DNA of 64,000 nt from Anaeramoeba ignava BMAN (Eukaryota > Protista > Anaeramoebae): assembly GCA_028826165.1 (NCBI GenBank), contig JAPDFW010000013.1:1-64000 (forward strand), given 5' to 3'. The position numbers were made by a program, and so were the translations under genes. The notes beneath the pieces were generated by a model that was not told where the DNA came from, did no database searches, and saw only the letters and a list, made by a program, of their open reading frames with translations. This document shows, piece after piece, positions 13,653-28,226 of the stretch. The first letter of the stretch is position 1. Every line of letters begins with the position of its first letter.

Positions 13653-15023
13653 TCAATAAGCAAGGCCAAATGATGAATTATTGTAACGGAAGGGGAGTTT
13701 TCTAGTAACACAAGCAAGAGGTTGAGGTCTTGGTTCATCATAACCTTCTTCAAATTTTCCAATAGAATCAGCTTGAAAAAGTTGTAGATTTTGTGGCAAT
13801 CCAAAACGATCTGAATCTTTGGGTATAAGCCACTTAACAAAGCAAACCGAATGATTTGGATTTTGATTCCAAAAAATTTTTCGAATTATTGCATAAATTT
13901 CGTGTCCTGTTTGAGCTTGCATTCCTACACAATCCCCTGCTTGGAGATCTATTCCCTTGCGGATATTTTGGGTGAACGTGAGTTGTGAGTCAAAATCAAG
14001 CGCAAATGGTTTCAAGCTGGAGTTCTCAGTTTCGATATTTTGGGGATGTTTTTGCAAATTAAATGGATTTTTTTTTTTTTGAGAATTTTGGATCGTTTCA
14101 AAAGTGTTATTTTTTTGTTGATTTGTTGAATTGAAAGTAGGCGTTGTTTGGGATTTGAAAGGGTTCGGGATGTATTCTTGAAAATCCATTGTGTTCTGGA
14201 TCGTGTTGTTTTCGTAATCGGTGAGATAATTTGCTGCGATTTCTGACAGAAATGATAATGCAGTGAGATTGCCTGAGTTGAAGTTACGTTGTAGATTTGT
14301 TTCTGACTTTGATTTAGGGAAGAAAGTCGGGTAATTATTTGAGAAATAAGATTGTGTGTTCAAATGGCTTGGCGAAATGGGACGAAAGGATCTTGGAGGG
14401 TATTTTGGAATGGGAAGAAAAAGATCGGGAAAGTGAGAATCTTTTGGATTTTGTCTGTTTGCATGATAATCTGACAAACTGTAACTGCGATCCAATCTTT
14501 TGCGCTTCAAAGGATCAGGCATGAATTGAGAGGGCGTTGGATCACTGAGCTGGTGGGGAGATGTGTTTTGATGCGGAGGAGATTTGAGGTTGCTTTCTTG
14601 GGAATTTTTCGGAAAATTTTGATCAATTCTTTTTGAGGGATTAATTTTAGGAGGAGAATTTTGCGTGTTTGAAAAGGACTGTTGAGGATCTGTGTTCTGA
14701 TCAGTATTTCTTGAGTTTTCAGAATCTGATATGTTTGAATTAGAGGGTTGATTTGTGGGTTGGTTTTGGATTTCTTGGTTAGGAGAAGGAGAGACATTTG
14801 ATTGGGATTGATTAAGAAATTCTTCAGAAATTTCATTTGGAGTTTTTGAACGTTTTCTCCGGCCTTGATTTGTTGCTCTTACACCGATTGGACGATCTCT
14901 TCCGTGTCTACGACGATATATTGCACAAGCGTTACAATAATATAAATCATTTACTTTTCTCCAAAGGGGGGTTTTTTTAGTTCGACAAGAAGGATTTGAA
15001 CAAGTTATTGAATTTATGTTCAT
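13653..15023 (-). CDS. GATA zinc-finger protein with a C-terminal BAH-like domain (GATAD1-like)
   Basis: N-terminal CSNPSC..TPLWR..CNAC finger. C-terminal GDCVGM..YAIIR..VKWLIP..G..EP resembles the GATAD1 C-terminus. Confidence 0.8.
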   Translation of the reverse strand: MNINSITCSNPSCRTKKTPLWRKVNDLYYCNACAIYRRRHGRDRPIGVRATNQGRRKRSKTPNEISEEFLNQSQSNVSPSPNQEIQNQPTNQPSNSNISDSENSRNTDQNTDPQQSFSNTQNSPPKINPSKRIDQNFPKNSQESNLKSPPHQNTSPHQLSDPTPSQFMPDPLKRKRLDRSYSLSDYHANRQNPKDSHFPDLFLPIPKYPPRSFRPISPSHLNTQSYFSNNYPTFFPKSKSETNLQRNFNSGNLTALSFLSEIAANYLTDYENNTIQNTMDFQEYIPNPFKSQTTPTFNSTNQQKNNTFETIQNSQKKKNPFNLQKHPQNIETENSSLKPFALDFDSQLTFTQNIRKGIDLQAGDCVGMQAQTGHEIYAIIRKIFWNQNPNHSVCFVKWLIPKDSDRFGLPQNLQLFQADSIGKFEEGYDEPRPQPLACVTRKLPFRYNNSSFGLAY

Positions 15024-15570
15024 CTTTGTTTTTTTTTTCTTTTATTCTTAACTAGTTTTTTATTTGTTGTTTTTTTTTTTTATTCTTTTTTGATAAGCTT
15101 TTTTTTTTATATTGTTTTTTTTCTTTGATAAAGTTCTTTTTGTTATTGTTTTTCTAATAAAAATCAATTGTAAATGATAAAATAATTTCAAAAAATAAAA
15201 CAAATTAATGGGTTTGTTTTTTTTTTTTTGAGTTATTTTGGTTCAAATTTATTTAAAAAAAGATTGAAAAAATGATAAAGATCTTTTTTTATTTTTTTTA
15301 TTTTTTATTTAAAAATAAAAAAAAAAGGAAAAAATTAAAATAAAATAATAAAAAGTATCCCAAAAAAATTAACTTATAAAATTGTTTTAAAATTTGAATG
15401 GAATTGATTTATAGAATCTTTTTTAATTTTTTTTATTAATTTAATTGGGAAAAAATGAAAAGAAGAAAAATAATTTTAAATAAAAAAGGAGAATGATTTT
15501 TAATTAATTTTTTTTTTTAATAGAAAAATAATTTACAATCTAAAATCTAAATCTAAAATTATTTTTGGAT

Positions 15571-16106
<536 letters not shown>

Positions 16107-16212
16107 AATTAAAATAAAATTAAAAATTAAAAATTAAAATTAAAATCAAAATTAAAATTAAAATCAAAATTGAAAAATTTTTCATTTTCATTTTTTTCCT
16201 TCCTTTTTTTAA

Positions 16213-17559
16213 ATGGAAAACTTAATTATTGATATTAAAAACAATCTAAATGAAATTGGGTTAAATTCAAATTAATAAATTCATAAAAATTATTTCTAAT
16301 ATTATTAATTAAAAAACAAAACAATTCCATTTCATTAGATTTATTGAATTATCCGATTCAACAATTAAAGAAGCACTTGAAAAAGGAGATAAATCACAAA
16401 TATTTAACGAAATTATTCAAAAACTTTTTGAAGAAATTGAATCAATTTCAGAAACAAATAGTGAAGTTGAAAACAAGGAAATTTCATTAAATGAAAAAAT
16501 AGAAAAACTTGGATTTCCATTTGAAATTTCAACTCTTTTTAAATCAATAGAAATGAATTATCAATTATTAAGTAGAAAAATCAATTTAAATAAAAAAAAA
16601 TTTCAAAAGAAAATAAATTAATTTGTTCTTTAAATTGCAGATTTTCTTTTTACAGAATTAAAAACTTGTCGTTTGATTAATAACAAAACCAAGATTAATA
16701 TTTATAGAGATTCAAAAACAGAACAAAATGAAAATGAAAATGAAAAATTGGAAGAAAAAAAGATAAAATCTTTATTATTTTCATTGTGTAATTTGTTGGA
16801 AATTGACACTTCAGAAATCACAAATTATGAATCAATTTTATCAGAAATTGATCAAAAAATTCAAGAATTACTTCAAAATTATCCAAAAGAACATTTACAA
16901 AATCATCTCATCTCACCAGAAGATTATTCCAATGAAGAATTGGTGATTTTTATTGATTTTAAATATTCCAATTTATTTTAATTATTATTTATTTTTTAGA
17001 AAGAAATTTCAAATTATTTAGAGTTTTTTGATAATGATTTTCAAACCAGACAAAAAATGCTATTAGAAAGACTAGAAGTTACTTTACAAGCATTTTTGTG
17101 GTCAGAACAAGGCAAAGTAAATAACAATAGAAAAGATGATTTCAAATCAAGATTTTTTTTAAATTCATTTTTTTAAATTGAAAAAACAAAAAGAAAAATC
17201 AAGAAAAAATTTTAGAAATTATTGATGAAGCAAAATCTTATTTAAATGATTGCCGATCCAAAATTGGAATATTGGATCTTTTTTGTGCAAATGATGATAT
17301 TTTATCAATCAGAAAAACAAGTGATTCAACAGTAAAAGAAATCAGTAAAGTTTCAGGAGTATTAATTGATGATAATGTTCCAGATCGAGGAGGTCGTCCT
17401 GATGAATTAAAAGATACTAGAATGCCTGCTTTTCGTGCTCGAAGTTTCCAGAATCAAAGAAGAAGTCCTCAAAATTCAAGAGGTAGAAGAAGTCCTCAAA
17501 ATTCAAGAGGTAGAAGAGGTAGGTTTGACCATTCAAGAAGAAGAGGTGGTTGGAAATGA
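16213..17559 (+). CDS. FAM98: FAM98 family protein (tRNA-ligase complex associated); exons 16213-16259, 16339-16571, 16641-16942, 17000-17116, 17193-17559
   Basis: Spliced translation gives NFLFTELKTCRL, DFQTRQKMLLERLEVTLQAFLWSEQGK, VPDRGGRP..MPAF and an RG-rich tail, all FAM98 hallmarks. Four GT-AG introns. Confidence 0.85.
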
Positions 17560-17614
17560 TTTTTGGAAAAGATATCTTTCCAAAATTTAAAAATTAATCA
17601 ATGAAAAATAAAGT

Positions 17615-18070
17615 TCTTTTAATTTTAATTTTGATTTTGATTTTAATTTTGATTTTGATTTTGATTTTGATTTTGATTTTAATTTTGATTTTGATTTTGA
17701 TTTTAGATTTTGATTTTGATTTTGATTTTGATTTTAATTTAAATTTTAATTTTGATTTTGATTTAGATTTTAATTTATATTTTAATTTTGATTTTGATTT
17801 TGATTTTGATTTTGATTTTAATTTTGATTTTAATTTTGATTTTAATTTTGATTTTAATTTTGATTTTGATTTTGATTTTGATTTTAATTTTAATTTTAAT
17901 TTTGATTTTGATTTTGATTTTAATTTTGATTTTGATTTTAATTCTAATTTTGATTTTGATTTTAATTTTGATTTTAATTTTAATTTTGATTTTGATTTTG
18001 ATTTTAATTTATATTTCAATTTGATTTTGATTTTAATTTTCATTTTGATTTTGATTTTGATTTTGATTGT
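17615..18070. repeat. (ATTTTG/ATTTTA)n hexamer microsatellite
   Basis: Directly visible; source of the spurious IL/DF/KS ORFs. Confidence 0.95.
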
Positions 18071-21000
18071 TTGAAAAAGTTTTGGAATAAAAATCAAGTA
18101 AATAAGATCCTAAAATTGATTTTTGGTTTAATTGATAAAATTCTTTTAAATCAGTAAATTCTTCAATATTTTCTTGTGTTATTTTTGTTTTATCAATTTC
18201 ATCATGATAAAGAAAATAAATTAATTGATGAATTGTTTCAAATGATTTTTTTGAATAATCGTGAACTTGATTAGATTGATCTTGAACATTCAATAAAAGC
18301 ATTCCTTTAAATAATTCACTTCTTATTTGTAATATTAATTTATGAACTTTAATTTCTTTTTCTTCAACAATTATTGTAAAATCTTTAGTTTGATTTTGTT
18401 GATAAAATTTTTCAAAATCTTTTAATATTCCTTTTCTTCCTTCTTTTTCTTTAATCCAATTTAAATCAAATCCTGTTTTCTCAAATAAATCATAAATTAT
18501 TCCTTTTTCAAATTCGTTTTTATTTTCAATTTCATTTAAAATTAATTCTTGTTCTTTTTTTTGTTCTTCAAATTCAATTTCATTTGAAAATAAAAATTTA
18601 AAATTTGGATCAATTTCTGCTTTTTTTTGAATAAATTGATCATTAAATTTTTCAATAAATTTATCAAAATCAATAAATCCTGTATAAAGAAAATTTAATG
18701 CAAATTCAATATCTCTCTTTTGTTTTCTTCTGCAAATATTAATAAATCTTGTTAAAATTGTTTGATTATTATCAAATCTAACTAATAAAATTTGTTTATG
18801 AGCTTTGATTATTGATCCATCACTACTTTGAATTTCAATATCTGTAAATTCATTTGATTTCAAAAAATTGTTTAAATCATCAATAAATGAATAAACTTTT
18901 GGAAATAAATCAATCATTTCTTGAGTTATTTCATTTTCTTTCAAATCAAAAATATTCAAATCTCTCATTAATATAATTTGAATTTCTTTTGGATATTTAT
19001 TTTTCAAAGCAATATGTAAAGGTATTTCATTTTGATTATTTTTTGAATTAATATTAGATTCTTTGGAAATTAATAATTCAATAATTTCATTTGGATATTT
19101 ATTTTGTAAAGCAATATGTAAAGGTATTTCATTCTTTTTATTTTTTGAATTAATATCAGATTCTTTGGAAATTAATAATTCAATAATTTCTTTTGGATTT
19201 TTCTTTTTCAAAGCAATATGTAAAGGTATTTCATTTTGATTATTTTTTGAATTAATATCAGAACCTTTGGAAATTAATAATTTAATAATTTCTTTTGGAT
19301 AATTTCTTTCTAAAGCAATATGTAAAGGCGTTTCTTTCCGATTACTTTTTGAATTAATATCAGAACCTTTGGAAATTAATAATTTAATAATTTCATTTGG
19401 ATAATTTCTTTCTAAAGCAATATGTAAAGGTATTTCATCCCAATCATTTTTTGAATTAATATCAGAACCTTTGGAAATCAATAACTCAACAATTTCTTTT
19501 GGATATTTATTTTGCAAAGCAATATGTAAAGGTATTTCATTTTGATTATTTTTTGAATTAATATCAGATTCTTTGGAAATTAATAATTCAATAATTTCAT
19601 TTGGATATTGATTTTTCAAAGCAATATGTAAAGGTACTTCATTTTCATTATTTTTTGAATTAATATTAGAACCTTTGGAAATTAATAATTCAATAATTTC
19701 ATTTGGATATTTATTTCTCAAAGCAATATGTAAAGGTATTTCATTCAATTCATTTTTTGAATTAATATCAAATTCTTTGGAAATTAATAATTCAATAATT
19801 TCATTTGGATTTTGATTTCTTTCTAAAGCAATATGTAAAGGTATTTCATTTTCATTATTTTTTGAATTAATATCAGAACCTTTGGGAATTAATAATTCAA
19901 TAATTTCATTTGGATATTTATTTTTCAAAGCAATATGTAAAGGTTTTTCATTTTCATTATTTTTTGAATTAATATCAGAACCTTTGGAAATTAATAATTC
20001 AATAATTTCATTTGGATATTTATTTCTCAAAGCAATATGTAAAGGTATTTCATTTTGATCATTTTTTGAATTAATATTAGAACCTTTGGGAATTAATAAT
20101 TCAATAATTTGATTTGGATAATTTCTTTCCAAATCAATATATAAAGGTATTTCATTTTGATTATTTTTTGAATTAATATCAGAATATTTGGAAATTAATA
20201 ATTCAATAATTTCTTTTAGATTTTGATTTCTCAAAGCAATATGTAAAGGTATTTCATTTTGATTATTTTTTGAATTAATATCAGAATCTTTGAAAATTAA
20301 TAATTCAATAATTTCTTTTGGATATTTATTTTTCAAAGCAATATGTAAAGGTATTTCATTCCATTTGTTTTTTGAATTAATATTAGAACCTTTGGAAATT
20401 AATAATTCAATAATTTCATTTGGATATTTATTTCTCAAAGCAATATGTAAAGGTATTTCATTTTCATAATTTTTTAAATTAATATAAAAACCTTTGGAAA
20501 TTAATAATTCAATAATTTCTTTTTTTGATTTTTCTAAAGCAATATGTAAAGGTATTTCATTTTCATTATTTTTTGAATTAATATCAGATTCTTTGGAAAT
20601 TAATAATTCATTAATTTCATTTGGATAATGATCCTCCAAATCAATATATAAAGGTATTTCTTCATTCCAATCATTTATTGAATTAATATCAGAACCTTTG
20701 GAAATTAATAATTCAATAATTTCTTTTGGATATTTATTTCTCAAAGCAATATGTAAAGGTGTTTCATTCCATTCATTTAGTGAATTAATATCAGAATCTT
20801 TGGAAATTAATAATTTAATAATTTCTTTTGAATATTTATTTTTCAAAGCAATATGTAAAGGTATTTCATTCCAACTATTTTTTGAATTAATATCAGAACC
20901 TTTGGAAATTAATAATTTAATAATTTCATTTGGATATTTATTTTTCAAAGCAATATGTAAAGGTTTTTCATTTTCATAATTTTTTAAATTGAGATAAGAA

Positions 21001-21791
21001 CCTTTGGAAATTAATAATTCAATAATTTCTTTTGCATATTGATTTTTCAAAGCAATATGTAAAGGTATTTCATTCCGATTATTTTTTAAATTAAGATAAG
21101 AACCTTTGGAAATTAATAATTCAATAATTTCTTTTGCATATTGATTTTTCAAAGCAATATGTAAAGGTATTTCATTTTCATTATTTTTTGAATTAATATT
21201 AGAACCTTTGGAAATTAATAATTCAATAATTTCTTTTGAATATTTATTTTTCAAAGCAATATGTAAAGGTATTTCATTCCGATTATTTTTTGTATTAATA
21301 TTAGAACCTTTGGAAATTAATAATTCAATAATTTCATTTGGATTTTTATTTTTCAAAGCAATATGTAAAGGTGTTTCATTCCATTCATTTTTTGAATTAA
21401 TATTAGAACCTTTGGAAATTAATAATTCAATAATTTCATTTGGATTTTGATTTTTCAAAGCAATATGTAAAGGTGTTTCTTTTTGAATATTTTTTGAATT
21501 AATATCAGAACCTTTGGAAATTAATAACTTAATAATTTCTTTTGGATATTTTCGTTCTAAAGCAATATGTAAAGAATTGTTTCCATTTTGATCAACCCAA
21601 TTTACATTTGTCTCTTTATCAATAAGTTTTTGAATCATTTCAAGATTTGAATTTCGTTCAAAAGCATAATTTAAAAAAGGTTTATTTTCTTTTTCAAATT
21701 GTTCTGTTGTTTCTAACGACAAATTAAAAAAGTGGACATTTTTTGTTTTGATTGCTTGATAAACTGTTTTTAAATAATTTTCCTGTTTCAT
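18033..21791 (-). CDS. Ankyrin-repeat (~26 x 34 aa) plus tandem BTB protein
   Basis: About 26 PLHIAL repeats, then BTB motifs FTDIEIQ..IKAHKQIL and KDFTIIVEEKEIKVHKLILQIRSELF. Likely start MKQENY at 21791. Confidence 0.9.
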   Translation of the reverse strand: MKQENYLKTVYQAIKTKNVHFFNLSLETTEQFEKENKPFLNYAFERNSNLEMIQKLIDKETNVNWVDQNGNNSLHIALERKYPKEIIKLLISKGSDINSKNIQKETPLHIALKNQNPNEIIELLISKGSNINSKNEWNETPLHIALKNKNPNEIIELLISKGSNINTKNNRNEIPLHIALKNKYSKEIIELLISKGSNINSKNNENEIPLHIALKNQYAKEIIELLISKGSYLNLKNNRNEIPLHIALKNQYAKEIIELLISKGSYLNLKNYENEKPLHIALKNKYPNEIIKLLISKGSDINSKNSWNEIPLHIALKNKYSKEIIKLLISKDSDINSLNEWNETPLHIALRNKYPKEIIELLISKGSDINSINDWNEEIPLYIDLEDHYPNEINELLISKESDINSKNNENEIPLHIALEKSKKEIIELLISKGFYINLKNYENEIPLHIALRNKYPNEIIELLISKGSNINSKNKWNEIPLHIALKNKYPKEIIELLIFKDSDINSKNNQNEIPLHIALRNQNLKEIIELLISKYSDINSKNNQNEIPLYIDLERNYPNQIIELLIPKGSNINSKNDQNEIPLHIALRNKYPNEIIELLISKGSDINSKNNENEKPLHIALKNKYPNEIIELLIPKGSDINSKNNENEIPLHIALERNQNPNEIIELLISKEFDINSKNELNEIPLHIALRNKYPNEIIELLISKGSNINSKNNENEVPLHIALKNQYPNEIIELLISKESDINSKNNQNEIPLHIALQNKYPKEIVELLISKGSDINSKNDWDEIPLHIALERNYPNEIIKLLISKGSDINSKSNRKETPLHIALERNYPKEIIKLLISKGSDINSKNNQNEIPLHIALKKKNPKEIIELLISKESDINSKNKKNEIPLHIALQNKYPNEIIELLISKESNINSKNNQNEIPLHIALKNKYPKEIQIILMRDLNIFDLKENEITQEMIDLFPKVYSFIDDLNNFLKSNEFTDIEIQSSDGSIIKAHKQILLVRFDNNQTILTRFINICRRKQKRDIEFALNFLYTGFIDFDKFIEKFNDQFIQKKAEIDPNFKFLFSNEIEFEEQKKEQELILNEIENKNEFEKGIIYDLFEKTGFDLNWIKEKEGRKGILKDFEKFYQQNQTKDFTIIVEEKEIKVHKLILQIRSELFKGMLLLNVQDQSNQVHDYSKKSFETIHQLIYFLYHDEIDKTKITQENIEEFTDLKEFYQLNQKSILGSYLLDFYSKTFSNNQNQNQNQNEN

Positions 21792-21908
21792 TTTTTGGAT
21801 TTTAATAAAATAAATTTTGAAAAAAAAAATGAATTGAAAAATTTTGTTTTGTTTTTTAATTTTTTTTTTCATTTTTTCTTTCTTTAAAAAAAAAATAAAT
21901 AAAAAAAA

Positions 21909-22402
21909 ATGATAACAGTTTCACAAGAAGTTTATCAAACAATTGTAACTGTTCAAGAAAAGAAGAAAGCAACAACACAAAAATTACAAAACACACTTTT
22001 ATTAATTGATATTAAACAAAATGCAGAAAAAAAATCAAAATTTGTAATTCAAAAACTAAAAGAAATTCCACCAAAAACACCCGTTTATAATTCATCTGGA
22101 AGAATGTATAATTTCAATTTAAAAAATTTTCAATTTAAAAAATTAATTTATCAAAAAAAAAAATAAAAAAAAGGTTTGTTTCAACTTCAATTGAACAAGT
22201 AATTGATACAAAAGAAAGAAAAGTTGCAAGAATTACTGAAGAATTAAAAACTTTAAAAGTAAAAAATTAAATAAAAAATTAAAATAAAAATTAAAATAAA
22301 AAATTAAATTAAAAAATTTAGAAAAGTAAAGATTTCCTTGAAAAACAAATTTCTGATGCAGAAAAACAATTAAAAGAGATAGTGGATCAAGCAAAAAAAT
22401 AA
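21909..22402 (+). CDS. PFDN1: Prefoldin beta subunit, PFDN1-like; introns 22106-22173 and 22259-22321
   Basis: Spliced: ..LKEIPPKTPVYNSSGRMFVST..KSKDFLEKQISDAEKQLKEIV; the VY.S.GRMF hairpin between coiled coils is typical. Confidence 0.8.
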
Positions 22403-22556
22403 TTTTTCTTCTTTTTTTTTTTTTTAAATAAAACAAATTTTTCTCCTTTTAAAAATAAAAAAATTTTTCTTTTTTAATTTTTCATTTTTTTTCATTTCTT
22501 TTTACTTTTATTTTTACTTTTACTTTTATTTTTACTTGTGTTTTTTTTTAAATTAA

Positions 22557-23816
<1,260 letters not shown>

Positions 23817-23995
23817 AAAAAAACGGAATTATTTTAAAACAAATCTTTTTTTTACTTTTTTTTTTCATTTCATTTACTTTCATTTACTTTCATTTACTTT
23901 CATTTCATTTGATATTTCAAGTTTTTTTTTTTTTAATCAAAAACAAAATTAAAAACAAAATTATCATTTCATTTTTTTCATTTTTTTCATTTTTT

Positions 23996-25177
23996 ATGTC
24001 AGTTTCTTTTAAAATTAAAAAAAGAAAACAAAAACCAAATATTGTAATTCCAATTAATACTAATTCTTTTCAAAATAATTCAGATGAAAAACAAAATGAA
24101 AAAAATGAAAATCAACAAAATAATAAATTAAATCAAAATACAAGAAAAACAGTAAATTCTTTTTTATTAGCAGAATCAGAAAGAAGGAAGAAATCAAAAA
24201 TAGTAAGTAAATTAAATTAAAATTTTTAAATTAAATTAAAATTTTTAAATTAAATTAAATTAAATTAAATTAAATAGAATAAAAACAAAATGGAAGAATC
24301 TCAAAAACAAAACCAAAATATATTTGAATATGATAAAATTTATGAACAAATTCAAAATCAAAAACAAAATCAAAAACCAAATCAAAATACTGATTCAATG
24401 GGAAATAAAATAAAAGGAAAATCAAGATATATTGGAGTTATTAAGAAAAAAAGTGAAGAAAGAGAAAAATTAAATGAATTAAGAAAAGAAAGACAAGTTC
24501 AACAGAAAATTGAAGAAGAGAAAAAAATATATGGAGATACAGAAAAATTTATTACATCTTCTTATTTGAAGAAAATTGATGAACTGAATAAAATCAAAGA
24601 AGATGAAATTGAGAAAGAAAAAAGGGATAAAGAAGATTCAATTCATAAAAGAAAAAATTTTTCAACTTTTTCAATAATGGTTGGATCAACAATAATAAAT
24701 AAAGGAAATGTTCAAAAGAATAATGAAATCAAACTTAAAACCTCAAAAAAAGAAAAATTCAAAAATGGAAATCAAAATCAAAATCAAAATCAAAATCAAA
24801 ATCAAAATCAAAATCAAAATCAAAATCAAAATCAAAATCAAAATCAAATTCAAAATCAAAATCAAAATCAAAATCAAATTGAAATTCCTCAAGAAGAAAA
24901 ATCAAATCAACAAATTTTAGAAGAAAAATTAAAAGAAAAAGAAAAAAGAAAAAGAAAAAGAAAAAGAAAAAGAAAAAGAAAAAGAAAAAGAAAAATGAAA
25001 ATGAAAATGAAAATGAAAATGAAAATGAAAATGAAAATGAAAAAGAAAAAGAAAGATTAAGACAAGAAAAAATAAAACAAGCAAAAGAAAGATTTTTTCA
25101 AAGAAAAAAATTAAATGAAAATGAAAATCAAAAATCAAAATTAATTAAAGATTTTTTTTTTATAAATAAAAATTTAA
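23996..25177 (+). CDS. NSRP1: NSRP1/CCDC55 (DUF2040) splicing regulator; intron 24203-24277; frameshift in an A-rich tract at ~24935; 3' end approximate
   Basis: IFEYDKIYE..KSRYI..RKERQVQQKIEEE..GDTEKFITSSYLKK, and C-terminal AKERFFQRK in the shifted frame. Confidence 0.75.
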
Positions 25178-25271
25178 AAAATCTTTTTCATTTTTTTTCA
25201 TTTTTTTTGTTTTTTGTTTTGTTTTTTGTTTTTGTTTTTATTTTTGTTTTATTTTTCTCAAATAAAAATTT

Positions 25272-27981
25272 ATGAATAGTCTTCCTTATCAAATAAATGA
25301 AGATATTTTAATTTCTGAACAAATCGATCCTCTTTATTTACAAAAAAGTAAAAATGAAATTTTAAAAAGAATATTTGGACAAGGACAAGCAACATCATTA
25401 CTAATAAAAAAACTAGTTGAAAAAGGAGTAGACATTAAAGAAAAAATCAGTGAAAGAAAAACAATTTTGCATTTGAGTTGCGAAATTCAACAAAAAGATC
25501 GATTTGTAATTGAGCAAATAATAGAATTTGGAGTGAAAGTTAATGAATATAATGAAAATGGACAAACAGCACTGCATTTGGCAGTAATAAATAAATTTCC
25601 GTTGGAAACAATTGAAATCCTTTTAAAATCAAAAGCAAATACAAATATTCAAGACAATTGGAAAAAAACACCACTTCATTATGCTTGTGAAAATAATTTG
25701 GATTTTGGAATTATTAAAGCGCTGATTCGCTATTCAGCAAAAGTAAATATTAAAGATCATGCACAGCGAACACCGCTTCATCACGCAATGATTAAAAACG
25801 CCTCACCTGAAATTGCGAGGTTGTTGTTGAAAAAACAAAAGAATATTAATTGTGTTGACAAGCATAAAAGAACTGTTCTTCATTATGCATTGGAGGCAGG
25901 TGTTGATGAGGAGGTTGTTAAGGCAATCTTCTCAAAAAAACCCAAAGTGAAGCTTCTTGATGAAAATCTTCGCAGCGCTCTTCATTTTGCTTGCAAATCA
26001 GGATATTCCTGTAAAATCATTGAGGAATTACTCAAAAGAGGATCAAAAATCTCAATTGAAGATGCGTTTTCACTTACTCCTCTTCATCATCTTTGTGGAA
26101 ACAAGTCAATATTCCCGCAAGCAAAACTGCTCATCAAACACGGCGCGAAGATTCATGTCAAGGATATCTACAGCAGATTTCCTGCGCATTTTGCTTGCCA
26201 AAGCGGATGTGATGTTGAGGTGTTGAAAATCCTGATTTCGCCGCAAATGGAAATCAACTCTCGCGACCATCATGGCAAAACATTTCTGCACTATGCTTGC
26301 GAGAGGGAAGGCTCAATAGAAATTGCGAAGTTCTTAATCTCGCAGAAAATTAATGTTGGGATCCGGGACAATCTGCTCAATACAGCTCTGCATCATGCAG
26401 TGCAAACGGGAGATTCTGAACTAGTCCAAGTTCTTCTCTCATCAGGCTTCCAAACAGAGGACAGAAACAACGAATACCGAAGTGTTCTTCATTGTGCGTG
26501 TTTACAGATCTCTGAAAAACAAGCGCAGATTTTGTCTGTTTTACTCTCTCATGGAGCAGTTGTTGATGCTTATGATAATTTCGGAAAAACCCCTTTATTT
26601 TATTTATGTGAAAATCAAGCAAGTTTGGATTGCGTTAAAATCCTAATCGATGCCGGAGCTGATCCCAAAACAAAGGATCGCTACTCGCAAAAAACACCTC
26701 TTCATCACGTCTCAGATCCGGATCTTGCTGAATTGCTTCTCAAAGCAGGCGCAGATCCAAATGAGTTGTCGTCAACAAAGCAATCCGCAATGCTGAGCTC
26801 GTTTATTAATCTAATTCGACAATTGAACAAAGATTCCCAAAAAGTCGAAAAACAAGTTCTCGTTTTGATAAAAAAGTTCCTACTTTACAAAGCTGATATC
26901 AACACAAAAGATTCAAAAGGAAACAATGTTATTCTTCTTGCGTTTTCTTATCCAAATATTTTCCGCAAGATTTTCAAATATTTTATCAGAAATGGAGGCG
27001 ATCCAAATACTCAAGACGCAAACAAACACTCTCTTCTTCATCTCGCATGCATCAACCGAATTGGGCATGAAATTGTGCAGGATTTAATCAATGCAGGCGC
27101 AAATGTGAATGCGAAGGATTTCTTTGATTTGATTCCGTTATCTTATGCGCTTCAAAAACGAGATTTTTTAAGTGCAAAAAATTTATTGTTATCAAATTCT
27201 CAAGTGGATGAAATCAACACAGAGAACATTGATGAGGACATGAAAATCATGCTGCGCACATACAACACTATACAGAAAGAAATGCTTGATTTTTTCAAGC
27301 GGGGAGAGTTTACTGATTTTGTATTTAATTGCAAAGATGGAAATGTTTCAATTCACAAATTGATTGCACAATTTAGACTGACAGATCCCGAACAAAAGGA
27401 GCCTAATATTGAGCTCATGTTGAACAATCTTTCGCCGAAGTTCCTTGATATGACATGCAAGGACGCAAGGCTGTTTTTCAAGTTCCTTTATTCAGGAATA
27501 TTGCGGGATTCTGGCGAAAAAAACTCATTTTCAGAAATGCAAAGAATTTGTGATCATTTGAAACTTTCAAAGAATTGGATCGCACAGAAACTTGGCAAAA
27601 AAGGGTTGATTCAAGATCTGACAAGGATGTATTGCGATGAAGGAATCAAAAGATTTTGTGATTGTGGTTGAGCAAAAAAAGATCAAAGTGCATAAACTCA
27701 TTTTGATTACAAGGTGTGATTTATATCGAGGAATGTTTTTGAGTGTTAAAGACGATTCAAATTCTGTGTCTGATTATAGTGGCAAAAGTTTTAATACTAT
27801 CAACTTGTTTATTCGCTATCTTTATATTGATGATTTTGATGAAAGTGATTTGACTTATGATGTTATTCATGAGTTGTCAGACGCTAAAGATTATTATCAA
27901 TTATCTGATAATTGTTTTTTGGATTTTTTTCTTGCTTTTTCCAATGAGAAGAGATCTCGATTTGGATTGTTTTTAAAATGA
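25272..27981 (+). CDS. Ankyrin-repeat plus tandem BTB protein (frameshift at ~27641)
   Basis: Divergent ankyrin repeats (KTPLHYACE, RTPLHHAM), then FTDFVF..IHKLIA. ORF 27637-27981 supplies the second BTB (KDFVIVVEQKKIKVHKLILITRCDLYRGMF). Confidence 0.85.
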
Positions 27982-28226
27982 ATTATATTTTTTTTTTTTT
28001 TTGATTAAATTTGAAATAGAATTTAAATAAAAATTTGAAATTAAAAAAAAAAAAAGTGGAACAAAATTTTGAAAATAAATTTTGGAATAGAACTTGAAAT
28101 TTGAATAAATGTCAAGTAAATTCAAAAATTTAAAATGACTAAAAAAAAAAAATGTTAAAGAGAAAAATTATTTCAAATTATTTTTTTTTTTCATTTTTTT
28201 TTTAAATTTTTTCATTTCATTAAATT

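Noticed and set aside
17594-18097. ORFs of poly-IL/DF/KS (also 40457-40666, 42497-42679, 56512-56775, 24708-24920)
   Set aside because: These are translations of hexamer or 12-mer microsatellites, not genes.
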